From the IMG/VR virus record IMGVR_UViG_3300003155_000003: a stretch of 64,000 nt of DNA; one strand, given 5' to 3'. Positions within the stretch are counted from its first letter, which is position 1; every line of letters begins with the position of its first letter. The notes below the pieces were generated by a model, which worked only from the letters and a program-made list of their open reading frames with translations, was not told the origin of the DNA and did not search any database. Below are positions 17,376 to 24,606 of the stretch, one piece after another. This DNA comes from a virus. The position numbers and the translations under genes were made by a program.

Positions 17376-17732
17376 ATGCGTAGTATTAAACCCAACTTAG
17401 TTAAAACTTGGTTCACTAAAAACCAAGCAATCCTAAACATTGATTCTCAGGTAGATGAGAAAGGAGTTCTTGAGTATCTTTCCTTCCTAATAGACGAAGG
17501 ATATCTACACATCCCAGAATTTACCTTCAAGGCATATAATTGCTCAGAACTAGCTCCCGGTCGTATAGTACATAATTTCTATTATGAACTTTCTAATAGA
17601 ACTCTTACAGAAGCCCAAATAAACTCTATACTTGCCGAATGTCCTTTACTATTCGATGATGGTTCTCAACCTAAGCCTGCCTATACCGCTTATCTGGGTT
17701 CATTATACATTACCCTTATTGCAGAAGCCTAA
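17376..17732 (+). CDS. hypothetical protein
   Basis: 118-aa ORF 47 nt downstream of promoter box 17322-17329. A terminator follows at 17754-17789. Confidence 0.55.
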   Translation: MRSIKPNLVKTWFTKNQAILNIDSQVDEKGVLEYLSFLIDEGYLHIPEFTFKAYNCSELAPGRIVHNFYYELSNRTLTEAQINSILAECPLLFDDGSQPKPAYTAYLGSLYITLIAEA

Positions 17733-17753
17733 TCGCTAACTTAGGTACACCTT

Positions 17754-17789
17754 AAGCCCATGCCTATCTAAGGTACTGGGCTTTTTCTT
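17754..17789 (+). terminator. hairpin + T-run
   Basis: AAGCCCA at 17754-17760 pairs with TGGGCTT at 17777-17783, followed by TTTCTT. Confidence 0.55.
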
Positions 17790-18159
17790 AAGCCTTTCTA
17801 TGTAGGCCATCATGGGACTTACTAAGGCTTACCATAGGCTTAACTACAGACCTATAGGCCATAGTACTCTATAGACTCCATGGATGGCCCTGGGCATTAT
17901 AGGATTACCTGCTAGTCACCTAATGGCCTTTATATATGATAATATACAGATAATAACTACCGGACTGTATGGGGCCTCCAAATTTCTAAAGTGGTACCTA
18001 TACCAACCCCTTCTATATCCTACCTTATATCCATCAATATACCCCTATCTAATGCCCACAACCATGCCCACCTTTCAAACCTCTAAAACCTACTTGCAAA
18101 TTTTTCATACGAAATTATTAAAAATAATTTTTAAAATATTTCTCGAAAATTTTTCTATA

Positions 18160-18195
18160 AATGTTTTGCAGATTAAAATATATTTTTTATCTTTG
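18160..18195 (+). promoter_or_regulatory. island promoter P10 (no CCTCAG box)
   Basis: TTTGCA near 18165. TATCTTTG at 18188-18195. Confidence 0.5.
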
Positions 18196-18261
18196 TATTG
18201 TTGAAAAAGCAAAGAGATATTTAAAATTTTGATTAACAATTTTTAAAAAGAAAATTCTCTG

Positions 18262-18297
18262 AAAATTTTGCTAATTAAAATATAAATTGTATCTTTG
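18262..18297 (+). promoter_or_regulatory. island promoter P11 (no CCTCAG box)
   Basis: TTTGCT near 18267. TATCTTTG at 18290-18297. Drives ORF 18439. Confidence 0.55.
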
Positions 18298-18352
18298 TAA
18301 TGTAATCAAAAAGCGATACTTGATATATTGAAACAATATAAAATTAATTTAT

Positions 18353-18400
18353 TCCTTTTCTCTTTTTCTTATAAATCTTTTAGTTTTATAGAGAAAAGGA
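18353..18400 (+). other. 5'-leader hairpin upstream of ORF 18439
   Basis: TCCTTTTCTCT at 18353-18363 pairs perfectly with AGAGAAAAGGA at 18390-18400. The loop is 26 nt. Confidence 0.6.
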
Positions 18401-18438
18401 TATAATAAAATAAACATAAAAACTAAAAGTATTTTATT

Positions 18439-18918
18439 ATGGAAGAATTAAAAAATGTAGTAGTTGAAAACAAAGAAGTTTCTAACAACAAAGTAAACAA
18501 AGTTAGTGCTAATAAAGCAAAAGCACAAGCAAAAGCAAATAACACTATTAAATTATCAGTTGATTCGATTTTTAAAAATCTAAACGAAAAAACAAACGGA
18601 CTTTTAAAAACTTCTTTAGGAAAGAAAACAGAAATTTATATTGAATCTTTGTTTTCAGAACTAAATGAAAAACAAAAAAAAGCATATCGAAAAAAGTTAA
18701 GAAATACAACTTTTTCTTTGCTTGATTCGATTTGCAAAGCGAAAGAAGAAAAGAAACAAAATGAACTAAAAACACTTGTTTCTGCATTTACAGAATTTTA
18801 TAAGCAAGTCTACAAAGTGAATGATTTTTCTTTTGCTTCTATTGCAAGCGAAAATACAAAGGACACAAAAAAAGAAGTTCTAACAAAAGGTTTGAATATT
18901 GTTAAGAATTTCAAGTAA
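18439..18918 (+). CDS. hypothetical Lys-rich protein in AT-rich island
   Basis: 159-aa ORF with its own promoter (18290-17-type box at 18290-18297) and a perfect 10-bp-stem terminator at 18929-18956. Composition is visibly more AT-rich than the flanking sequence. Confidence 0.55.
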   Translation: MEELKNVVVENKEVSNNKVNKVSANKAKAQAKANNTIKLSVDSIFKNLNEKTNGLLKTSLGKKTEIYIESLFSELNEKQKKAYRKKLRNTTFSLLDSICKAKEEKKQNELKTLVSAFTEFYKQVYKVNDFSFASIASENTKDTKKEVLTKGLNIVKNFK

Positions 18919-18928
18919 CTAACTGCAA

Positions 18929-18956
18929 AGGGAAAGATTAAATCTTTCCCTTTTTA
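18929..18956 (+). terminator. rho-independent terminator
   Basis: AGGGAAAGAT-taa-ATCTTTCCCT followed by TTTTT. Confidence 0.85.
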
Positions 18957-18969
18957 AAATTTTAAAGAT

Positions 18970-19260
18970 ATGAACAAAGAACTATTAAAGAAATTTTTAA
19001 ATCATTCGATTTCTAAGAGTGACGGAAAGATAAATATTTCCGTTTTAGATATGCAAAGCGAATCTTTGCAAGACGAAGAAGAAACAGAAAAGCGTTTAAA
19101 TGAAACGTTTGAAACATTAGATAAAATGCTTTTGCAAGACGGACACAAAAAAATAATTGAATCAGATTATTATAATATCTATTCAAGAAAAGACGATAGT
19201 AGCGAATTATTTGTTTTGCAAAACAAAGATACATGTGTTACTTTGATTGAATTAATTTAA
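18970..19260 (+). CDS. hypothetical acidic protein in AT-rich island
   Basis: 96-aa ORF followed by a 9-bp-stem bidirectional terminator at 19268-19307. Confidence 0.55.
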   Translation: MNKELLKKFLNHSISKSDGKINISVLDMQSESLQDEEETEKRLNETFETLDKMLLQDGHKKIIESDYYNIYSRKDDSSELFVLQNKDTCVTLIELI

Positions 19261-19267
19261 AATTGAA

Positions 19268-19307
19268 AGGGACAAACATTTTTATTTGTCCCTTACTTTT
19301 TATTTTT
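19268..19307. terminator. bidirectional terminator between convergent units
   Basis: AGGGACAAA at 19268-19276 pairs with TTTGTCCCT at 19285-19293. T-runs occur on both strands. Confidence 0.8.
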
Positions 19308-19437
19308 GAATGTTAAATTTAACGTAACCGTTCCCCCCATTTACTACCACACAAAAATCGCTCCTCGTATTAAGGGGTACCTAGACATCCCACAAACCAC
19401 ACAAAGAAGCCAGAGACCTAATATCCCTGGCAACTTA

Positions 19438-19704
19438 TCATAAAATACTATCTAATAAGTTATTGGTCCTTTCCCTACCTAATACTCCCTTAATCTTACC
19501 ACCATTCTTTCGATAAAAGAAAACATACCACATTTGAAGATTAGGTAACCACCATCTCTTAACTTCATTATAACCTTTAAAGTATCTTTCAATACAATTC
19601 ATATCCAAATCAGTAATCCATAACTGATACCAAATCCTATTGCCTTCAGAACACCTTAGGATTCTCTTAAATTCATCCTCATATACTGTATCAACCTTTA
19701 CCAT
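19438..19704 (-). CDS. hypothetical protein
   Basis: 88-aa, W-rich ORF. It is the last gene of the minus-strand island. Confidence 0.5.
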   Translation of the reverse strand: MVKVDTVYEDEFKRILRCSEGNRIWYQLWITDLDMNCIERYFKGYNEVKRWWLPNLQMWYVFFYRKNGGKIKGVLGRERTNNLLDSIL

Positions 19705-19906
19705 ATTGCCTAAACATTTCTTGGTTCATCCTAAATCCAGGCCTAGATATAATCATCCTCTGGATATCATGTATCTTCATCGCTATCTCATTTGCCTCCA
19801 TCGGATGATTGATAGGTAATGCCAAAAACCTATTCCAAATCTCTTCGGTAAGCATAAGGATTTCCTCTTCCTCTTTGGTAAGCTTTGCTAAATCTTCCAT
19901 ACTCAA
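19691..19906 (-). CDS. hypothetical protein
   Basis: 71-aa ORF that overlaps both neighbours by a few nt. Confidence 0.5.
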   Translation of the reverse strand: MSMEDLAKLTKEEEEILMLTEEIWNRFLALPINHPMEANEIAMKIHDIQRMIISRPGFRMNQEMFRQYGKG

Positions 19907-20433
19907 TACATTATAGGTTCTTCAAATGTAAGAGGAGGGAGCTTTGGTTCTCCCTCCCTTTTAATTCTCTCTAAGTCCTCAAGGGCACACTCTAGTATTT
20001 TAATACGTTCAGCATTATATTCTTTAGATACTGGGAACCAGAATGCTGTTCCTAAAAGGTATTCGTGGTCCTTAAGCTTTTCTAAGGATACCTTGAACCA
20101 AACTCTCCCATCTATATCTAGAACTTCTTCCTTCAGATGTTGGATTAAAGGAGTAGAATATCCAAAGTATACATAGGTAAGGTTAAACCTTTGAGGAGTG
20201 AACCAAGATTTAATTACCTTTCTCCAAAGAATCCTATCTGGGTCATCCTTATAGTTAGAAGCCTCAATTAGGTCAGCACATAATCCTACTGGTGAATTGG
20301 GATTTTTTACTCTTTTATTGAATACCTTGTAGAAAGTATTCTTTATCTTTGAGTAGTTATCTCTTACCAATCCTTCAATTACCTTATTTTCTAAGGAGTT
20401 ATAATCGATTGCAGTGAACGTAGGCTCTTCCAT
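19903..20433 (-). CDS. hypothetical protein
   Basis: 176-aa ORF with a 4-nt overlap with the downstream gene. Confidence 0.55.
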   Translation of the reverse strand: MEEPTFTAIDYNSLENKVIEGLVRDNYSKIKNTFYKVFNKRVKNPNSPVGLCADLIEASNYKDDPDRILWRKVIKSWFTPQRFNLTYVYFGYSTPLIQHLKEEVLDIDGRVWFKVSLEKLKDHEYLLGTAFWFPVSKEYNAERIKILECALEDLERIKREGEPKLPPLTFEEPIMY

Positions 20434-20543
20434 CTTTCTTTAATATTCTTTCAAACCATTGGCAGGTAATACACTTTGGGCTTCCTACCATTATCTGTAC
20501 TTCTCCCTTAATTACTGGGCATGGGTTGGTAAGCTTCTTTTGC

Positions 20544-20756
20544 CTACCTACCTTCTTCGTTGTTATTTCTCTGTTCATAGTTCTTAAAGTATGTGATTAG
20601 TAAATATATCGGAAATAGAGGCATGATTAACCAGATAGTTAGGAAAAAGAACCCCACCCTTTTCATTGGGTGGGTAGAGGTAATTAATCTTGTCATAAAC
20701 CATGCAGGTATAGCACATACGGCATATATAATACCTAAGATTATCCAAGTTGTCAT
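20544..20756 (-). CDS. small two-TM membrane protein (class-II-holin-like or exclusion-protein-like architecture)
   Basis: 70 aa with two hydrophobic segments, WIILGIIYAVCAIPAWF and VGFFFLTIWLIMPLFPIYLLI. The C-terminal tail is charged (YEQRNNNEEGR). Confidence 0.5.
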   Translation of the reverse strand: MTTWIILGIIYAVCAIPAWFMTRLITSTHPMKRVGFFFLTIWLIMPLFPIYLLITYFKNYEQRNNNEEGR

Positions 20757-21139
20757 TGCTCAAAGTACTTAGTTACGATTTTGGATATCTTTTTATCTAA
20801 CTCTACGATTAGTTCACTGAACTCTTTGTCCTTCATATCTTTTATCTTGGCTTCGATAAAATCCAAGTTTCTCTTAATAGAGAAGTAAGCTTTGAAGGCT
20901 TGGTAATCCAATTCGGATTTATCCGTTAAAGGTAATACCATAGATGATTTACCATCTAACCTTGTGTAACATCCATCTGGTCCAATAGTTCTTGATACTT
21001 TTACTTTATTGCTCAGTACTGCAAACCCACCTTTCTTATCGATAGATTCTACGATTACCTTCTCCATTAAGGTTTTGCCATCAGAGAAAATGACTTCTTC
21101 ACCCTCCTTTAGCTTTTTGGTTTCTTTGTTCTTTTTCAT
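20753..21139 (-). CDS. hypothetical protein
   Basis: The track start at 21166 is the TTG of a minus-strand -7 box. The first ATG is 21139 (MKKNKETKK...). Confidence 0.55.
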   Translation of the reverse strand: MKKNKETKKLKEGEEVIFSDGKTLMEKVIVESIDKKGGFAVLSNKVKVSRTIGPDGCYTRLDGKSSMVLPLTDKSELDYQAFKAYFSIKRNLDFIEAKIKDMKDKEFSELIVELDKKISKIVTKYFEQ

Positions 21140-21163
21140 ATCTTTATTATTAAAATGTTTATG

Positions 21164-21227
21164 CAAATATACAAAATTATTTATTATCTGTATAATTTTG
21201 AATCATAAATTTTAAATCCTCTGAGGT
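21164..21227 (-). promoter_or_regulatory. early-type promoter P12 on minus strand
   Basis: The reverse complement of 21164-21171 is TATATTTG. The reverse complement of 21221-21227 is ACCTCAG, 56 nt upstream. Confidence 0.65.
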
Positions 21228-21659
21228 AAAGGATTTGCGACTTAAGAGTTCCATAAGTTCTACGGGAGTAAGGATTATTCCATTTGGAGTAAAAAGTCCT
21301 CTAGAGTGTTCTGGAATTATTCCCTGGAATCCCCAATTATTATACGAGTTAATAACCATGGAATTATCCCCGGTGAGCATGGCAATATATTTTTCTGAAG
21401 TTTTAATACATTCTCTTCTGAAAGTACCAACTTCTATCCATAAGGAATTAAGATGGATAGTGTAATGAAGATAATCAGGAGTGATTAATGGAATCGAAGA
21501 ATCTTTTCTTACCTTATCATCTTCATTCTTAATGTTTTGCCAGAAAGCACAATGAAAGCAAAGTTGTTTGGCTTCCATTATTTTAGGGATTGCCCTATAT
21601 AATTCGTACTGATGTAAGTTGATAGGTTCATTGCATAGGTGACATTTTTCTGTTTTCAT
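21177..21659 (-). CDS. hypothetical protein with N-terminal CxxC...CxxC zinc-ribbon-like motif
   Basis: MKTEKCHLCNE...LCFHCAFW places four Cys in two CxxC pairs within the first 40 aa. Confidence 0.55.
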   Translation of the reverse strand: MKTEKCHLCNEPINLHQYELYRAIPKIMEAKQLCFHCAFWQNIKNEDDKVRKDSSIPLITPDYLHYTIHLNSLWIEVGTFRRECIKTSEKYIAMLTGDNSMVINSYNNWGFQGIIPEHSRGLFTPNGIILTPVELMELLSRKSFTSEDLKFMIQNYTDNK

Positions 21660-21766
21660 ATTTCTACATTATTAAATTATATAGGATAATAGAACCCAAG
21701 GAACCCTCCCAAGTAAGGTATTCAGCAATACTTTCTAACCTTTAATGAACTTTAAAATATAACGTT

Positions 21767-22363
21767 ATGGATAAGTTAACTAATGAAATGATTGTGGCTC
21801 TAGCCAATGATTTAGGACTGGAGCCAGCTCTTTTAAAGGCAGTACAACTGGTTGAAGGAGCAGGTAGAGATGGATTTCTAGTAGATGGTAGACCTCAAAT
21901 TCTGTTTGAAGGTCACATTATGTACAAAGAAATCAAAAATAAGTTCGGTTTAGACAAGTCAGTAGCTGCTCAAAAGAGTTACCCTACGATTTGTTTCCCA
22001 AAATGGGATAAATCGAAGTACTTAGGAGGAGCAAGTGAGTACAAAAGACTCGAAATTGCCAAGAAAATCGACGAAGAATGTGCTTTGAAGTCAGCTTCTT
22101 GGGGAATGTTTCAGATTATGGGCTTCAATCACCTCTATTGTGGCTGTAAAGACGTCTTCGAATTCGTGAAAAAGATGCAGGAATCTCATGAAAGTCAGTT
22201 AAAACTCATGTATTACTACATGAATAATACCAGTTGCTTGAAAAATCTGAAAGAACATGACTGGGCAGGCTTTGCTCGGAAGTATAATGGTCCTGGTTAT
22301 GCTGAAAATGCCTATGACCAGAAGTTAAAAAACGCTTACGAAAACTTTAAAAACAAGATATAA
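21767..22363 (+). CDS. endolysin, N-acetylmuramidase (DUF3380/PF11860-type)
   Basis: GAGRDGFLVDGRPQILFEGHIMYKE...ALKSASWGMFQIMGFNH...DWAGFARKYNGPGYAENAYDQKLKNAY are the characteristic conserved blocks of this muramidase family. Confidence 0.85.
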   Translation: MDKLTNEMIVALANDLGLEPALLKAVQLVEGAGRDGFLVDGRPQILFEGHIMYKEIKNKFGLDKSVAAQKSYPTICFPKWDKSKYLGGASEYKRLEIAKKIDEECALKSASWGMFQIMGFNHLYCGCKDVFEFVKKMQESHESQLKLMYYYMNNTSCLKNLKEHDWAGFARKYNGPGYAENAYDQKLKNAYENFKNKI

Positions 22364-22710
22364 TGAAGGTAATTTACAACAAATTCATCCCTTTCAAGGG
22401 ATACAAGGCAATGAACCTATTCGGAATTGTCTTTGTGAGAAAAGGTGCTAAGTTTGATACTTATGATTACAACCATGAGCACATTCATCTCAAACAAATG
22501 CAAGAGATGTTGTGGATATTCTACTACTTATGGTATGCAATCGAGTACTTAATCATCATGTGCTTTGCCAAATGGGATAAACAGAATGAAAGATATCATG
22601 ATGTAAGTTTCGAAGAAGAAGCCCACAATAATGATAAGAATCTGAGCTATCTGGAAGACCGTAAGCCATTTGCTTGGATTAAGTACATTAAATTGAGAAG
22701 CTACAAATAG
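22363..22710 (+). CDS. HExxH-motif membrane protein coupled to the endolysin
   Basis: The start shares a base with the endolysin stop (TAATG). It carries the motif NHEHIHLKQMQE, a central hydrophobic stretch MLWIFYYLWYAIEYLIIMCFA, and a second acidic block FEEEAHNND. Confidence 0.55.
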   Translation: MKVIYNKFIPFKGYKAMNLFGIVFVRKGAKFDTYDYNHEHIHLKQMQEMLWIFYYLWYAIEYLIIMCFAKWDKQNERYHDVSFEEEAHNNDKNLSYLEDRKPFAWIKYIKLRSYK

Positions 22711-23279
22711 GGTTTAGTTATAGGGTCTATACCCTTAACTATTTTAGATATTACGGATATAGGCATCTTGAATTTATTACTAAGTTCTTTTAGTAATACT
22801 TTGGGATGCCTCCGTTTATATCTGAAAACTCTTAATTTTAATCTATTAGAGTATTTAGAAGTAGGAGAATTTTGACCTATTTTACCAAAAGTTCTGTTAT
22901 ATGAGTATCTGCCATCTCTAATACATTGTTGCATATTCTCAGCTTGTGTACCCCAATATAAATTATCTACATGATTATTTAATGGGTTATTATCTTTGTG
23001 ACATACACAAGGTTTATTCTCAGGATTAGGTATATAAGCTAAAGCTACCAACCTTGATACTTTTAGAGAACGATTTATATCTTTAACACATACATGAACT
23101 TTTGGGCAAGGGTATTTACCTTTACGATTAGTGTGTATTGATATTTTTAATTCTTTCCAATCTCCATTTCGTTTTTGGAATACCTTACCACTACGCCCAT
23201 CTATGTATTCATCTTTTCTGAATACTTGACCTTGTTTACTTACAAAATAACAAGGTAAACCAGGAATATTTTCTTTCAT
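22701..23279 (-). CDS. HNH homing endonuclease (NUMOD4 + HNH_3-like)
   Basis: The N-terminal block IPGLPCYFVSKQGQVFRK is NUMOD4-like. VSRLVALAYIPNPENKPCVCHKDNNPLNNHVDNLYWGTQAENMQ is an HNH core. It is antisense to both neighbours, and its 3' end overlaps the convergent gene by 10 nt. Confidence 0.8.
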   Translation of the reverse strand: MKENIPGLPCYFVSKQGQVFRKDEYIDGRSGKVFQKRNGDWKELKISIHTNRKGKYPCPKVHVCVKDINRSLKVSRLVALAYIPNPENKPCVCHKDNNPLNNHVDNLYWGTQAENMQQCIRDGRYSYNRTFGKIGQNSPTSKYSNRLKLRVFRYKRRHPKVLLKELSNKFKMPISVISKIVKGIDPITKPYL

Positions 23280-23317
23280 TTTAACAGGTTTTTAAATTTC
23301 ATACCCATATAGTCACA

Positions 23318-24334
23318 ATGGAAAAGTTTAATTTATTGGGAGTAAGCGCAGGTCAAGGTGCTTTATTATTCCCTTTTATAAAATCTAAAAAGTACAAGCT
23401 CCTGGGTAATATTGAACCAAGAGGAGTTTTTCATACAAATTGCGAAAGTCAGTGGAAAGCCAATTTTAAGGATATACCGTTCTACAAAGGATACTGTTTA
23501 CAAGAGTTTGATGAGAAAGTAGATATCATAATCTCTTCTCCAGACTGTGGAGCATCATCAATTATGAGACTTTCAAAGGTTAAAGAATTGGGTAAGCCCA
23601 AAGATAACCGAAGTTTAAATCTAGTAATAGAAGGAATCAATTATTACAAGCCTAAGATTTTTCTTATAGAAAACCTACCTCGTTTGCTATCTCTCTTACC
23701 CAATGAATACCTTCAGGAAGCCTTTAAAGACTATAAACTTATTTTTCATGAAAGAAGCGTTTCCGACTATGGGAACTCCCAAGTATCAAGGAAGCGTTTA
23801 GTTATCGTTGGAGTGCATAAGAAAGCCGGTAAGAAATACTTGAATGCTTTTAATGAAGTATTCCAAGTAAAAACTCCAACAATTACTAGAAATCTACTTA
23901 ACGATTACCAGAATCCATTGAATTATAACATTCCTTTGGATAAAACCCTGGCAATGTATGATTATCGGAAGCTTCCTAAAAAGAAGAATCTAACCGTTAA
24001 AAAGATTCAGCTATTGTGGAATAGTGACTTCAAGAATGAAAAGAAATGGCCCATAAAGACTGCTAAGATGAGTACTCTCCCAGGAGTGTATCGATTAGAG
24101 TTAGATAAAGCTCCTCTAACTTTAAGACCTGCTGATAGACAGTTCCGACCCGATGGTTACCCTCTTGGGATTTTAGATTTCAAAGCAATTATGGGATTCC
24201 CTAAAGCCTACAAGATTTTCATGGATGAAGGCAATTACCTTTACTGGCTTAACAAGGCAAGGTATACCATAGCTAAAGGGTCGGTCTACGAAATTTCAAT
24301 ATGGTTCAAACGTTGTATTAAGAAGGTTTCATGA
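23318..24334 (+). CDS. DNA (cytosine-5)-methyltransferase
   Basis: The motif order matches C5-MTases: LGVSAGQGAL (I), IIISSPDCGASS (IV, atypical PDC in place of PPC), IFLIENLPRL (VI), QVSRKRLVIVG (VIII). Confidence 0.75.
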   Translation: MEKFNLLGVSAGQGALLFPFIKSKKYKLLGNIEPRGVFHTNCESQWKANFKDIPFYKGYCLQEFDEKVDIIISSPDCGASSIMRLSKVKELGKPKDNRSLNLVIEGINYYKPKIFLIENLPRLLSLLPNEYLQEAFKDYKLIFHERSVSDYGNSQVSRKRLVIVGVHKKAGKKYLNAFNEVFQVKTPTITRNLLNDYQNPLNYNIPLDKTLAMYDYRKLPKKKNLTVKKIQLLWNSDFKNEKKWPIKTAKMSTLPGVYRLELDKAPLTLRPADRQFRPDGYPLGILDFKAIMGFPKAYKIFMDEGNYLYWLNKARYTIAKGSVYEISIWFKRCIKKVS

Positions 24335-24417
24335 GCCCCTTATAATTATATTATAAGTATACTTGTAAAATCTTCTATCATCACTTAAGACCTCTTACCA
24401 ATTAGGATTTAGGATAT

Positions 24418-24453
24418 TTCTCATTCGAATAGCTAAAGCTATTCTCATTCGAA
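24418..24453. promoter_or_regulatory. 12-nt direct repeat pair flanking a palindrome (operator-like)
   Basis: TTCTCATTCGAA occurs at 24418-24429 and 24442-24453. The palindrome GAATAGC-TAAA-GCTATTC at 24427-24444 bridges the two copies. Confidence 0.4.
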
Positions 24454-24581
24454 AAAACGCGAAGGTACCATGAATTTTTCTTACCTAACTAGTTGAATTA
24501 GAATTAGTTAGATAGTGTTTTGGCTCGCAGAATATGTAAATCAAGGTGCCAGACCTACCAAATACTATCAGTACTATTATC

Positions 24582-24606
24582 ATTTGAAAACCTAAAAATT
24601 TTAAAG
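24582..24606 (+). promoter_or_regulatory. putative late promoter/leader motif L1
   Basis: ATTTGAAAACCTAAAAATTTTAAAG immediately before the ATG at 24609. Confidence 0.35.

Larger units (their letters stand above)
18125..18320 (+). repeat. tandem duplication of a promoter cassette of about 113 bp
   Basis: AATTTTTAAAA..TTCTC(G/T)GAAAATTTT..TTTGC..ATTAAAATATA..TATCTTTGTA..AAAAAGC(A/G)A occurs twice, starting near 18125 and 18237. Confidence 0.65.

Noticed and set aside
17884-18204. A 106-aa Tyr/Pro/Leu-rich ORF in the second non-coding cluster.
   Set aside because: It runs through the G-depleted CCTA/CCTT tract and straight across the duplicated promoter cassette, including the -7 box at 18188. 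It has no promoter or coupling of its own. Its composition simply mirrors the repeat sequence.
16680-18430. tRNA or tmRNA genes in the large non-coding regions.
   Set aside because: I looked for GTTCGAATC/GTTCAAATC-type T-loops and for acceptor-stem and cloverleaf symmetry and found none. This cannot be fully excluded without tRNAscan-SE or ARAGORN.
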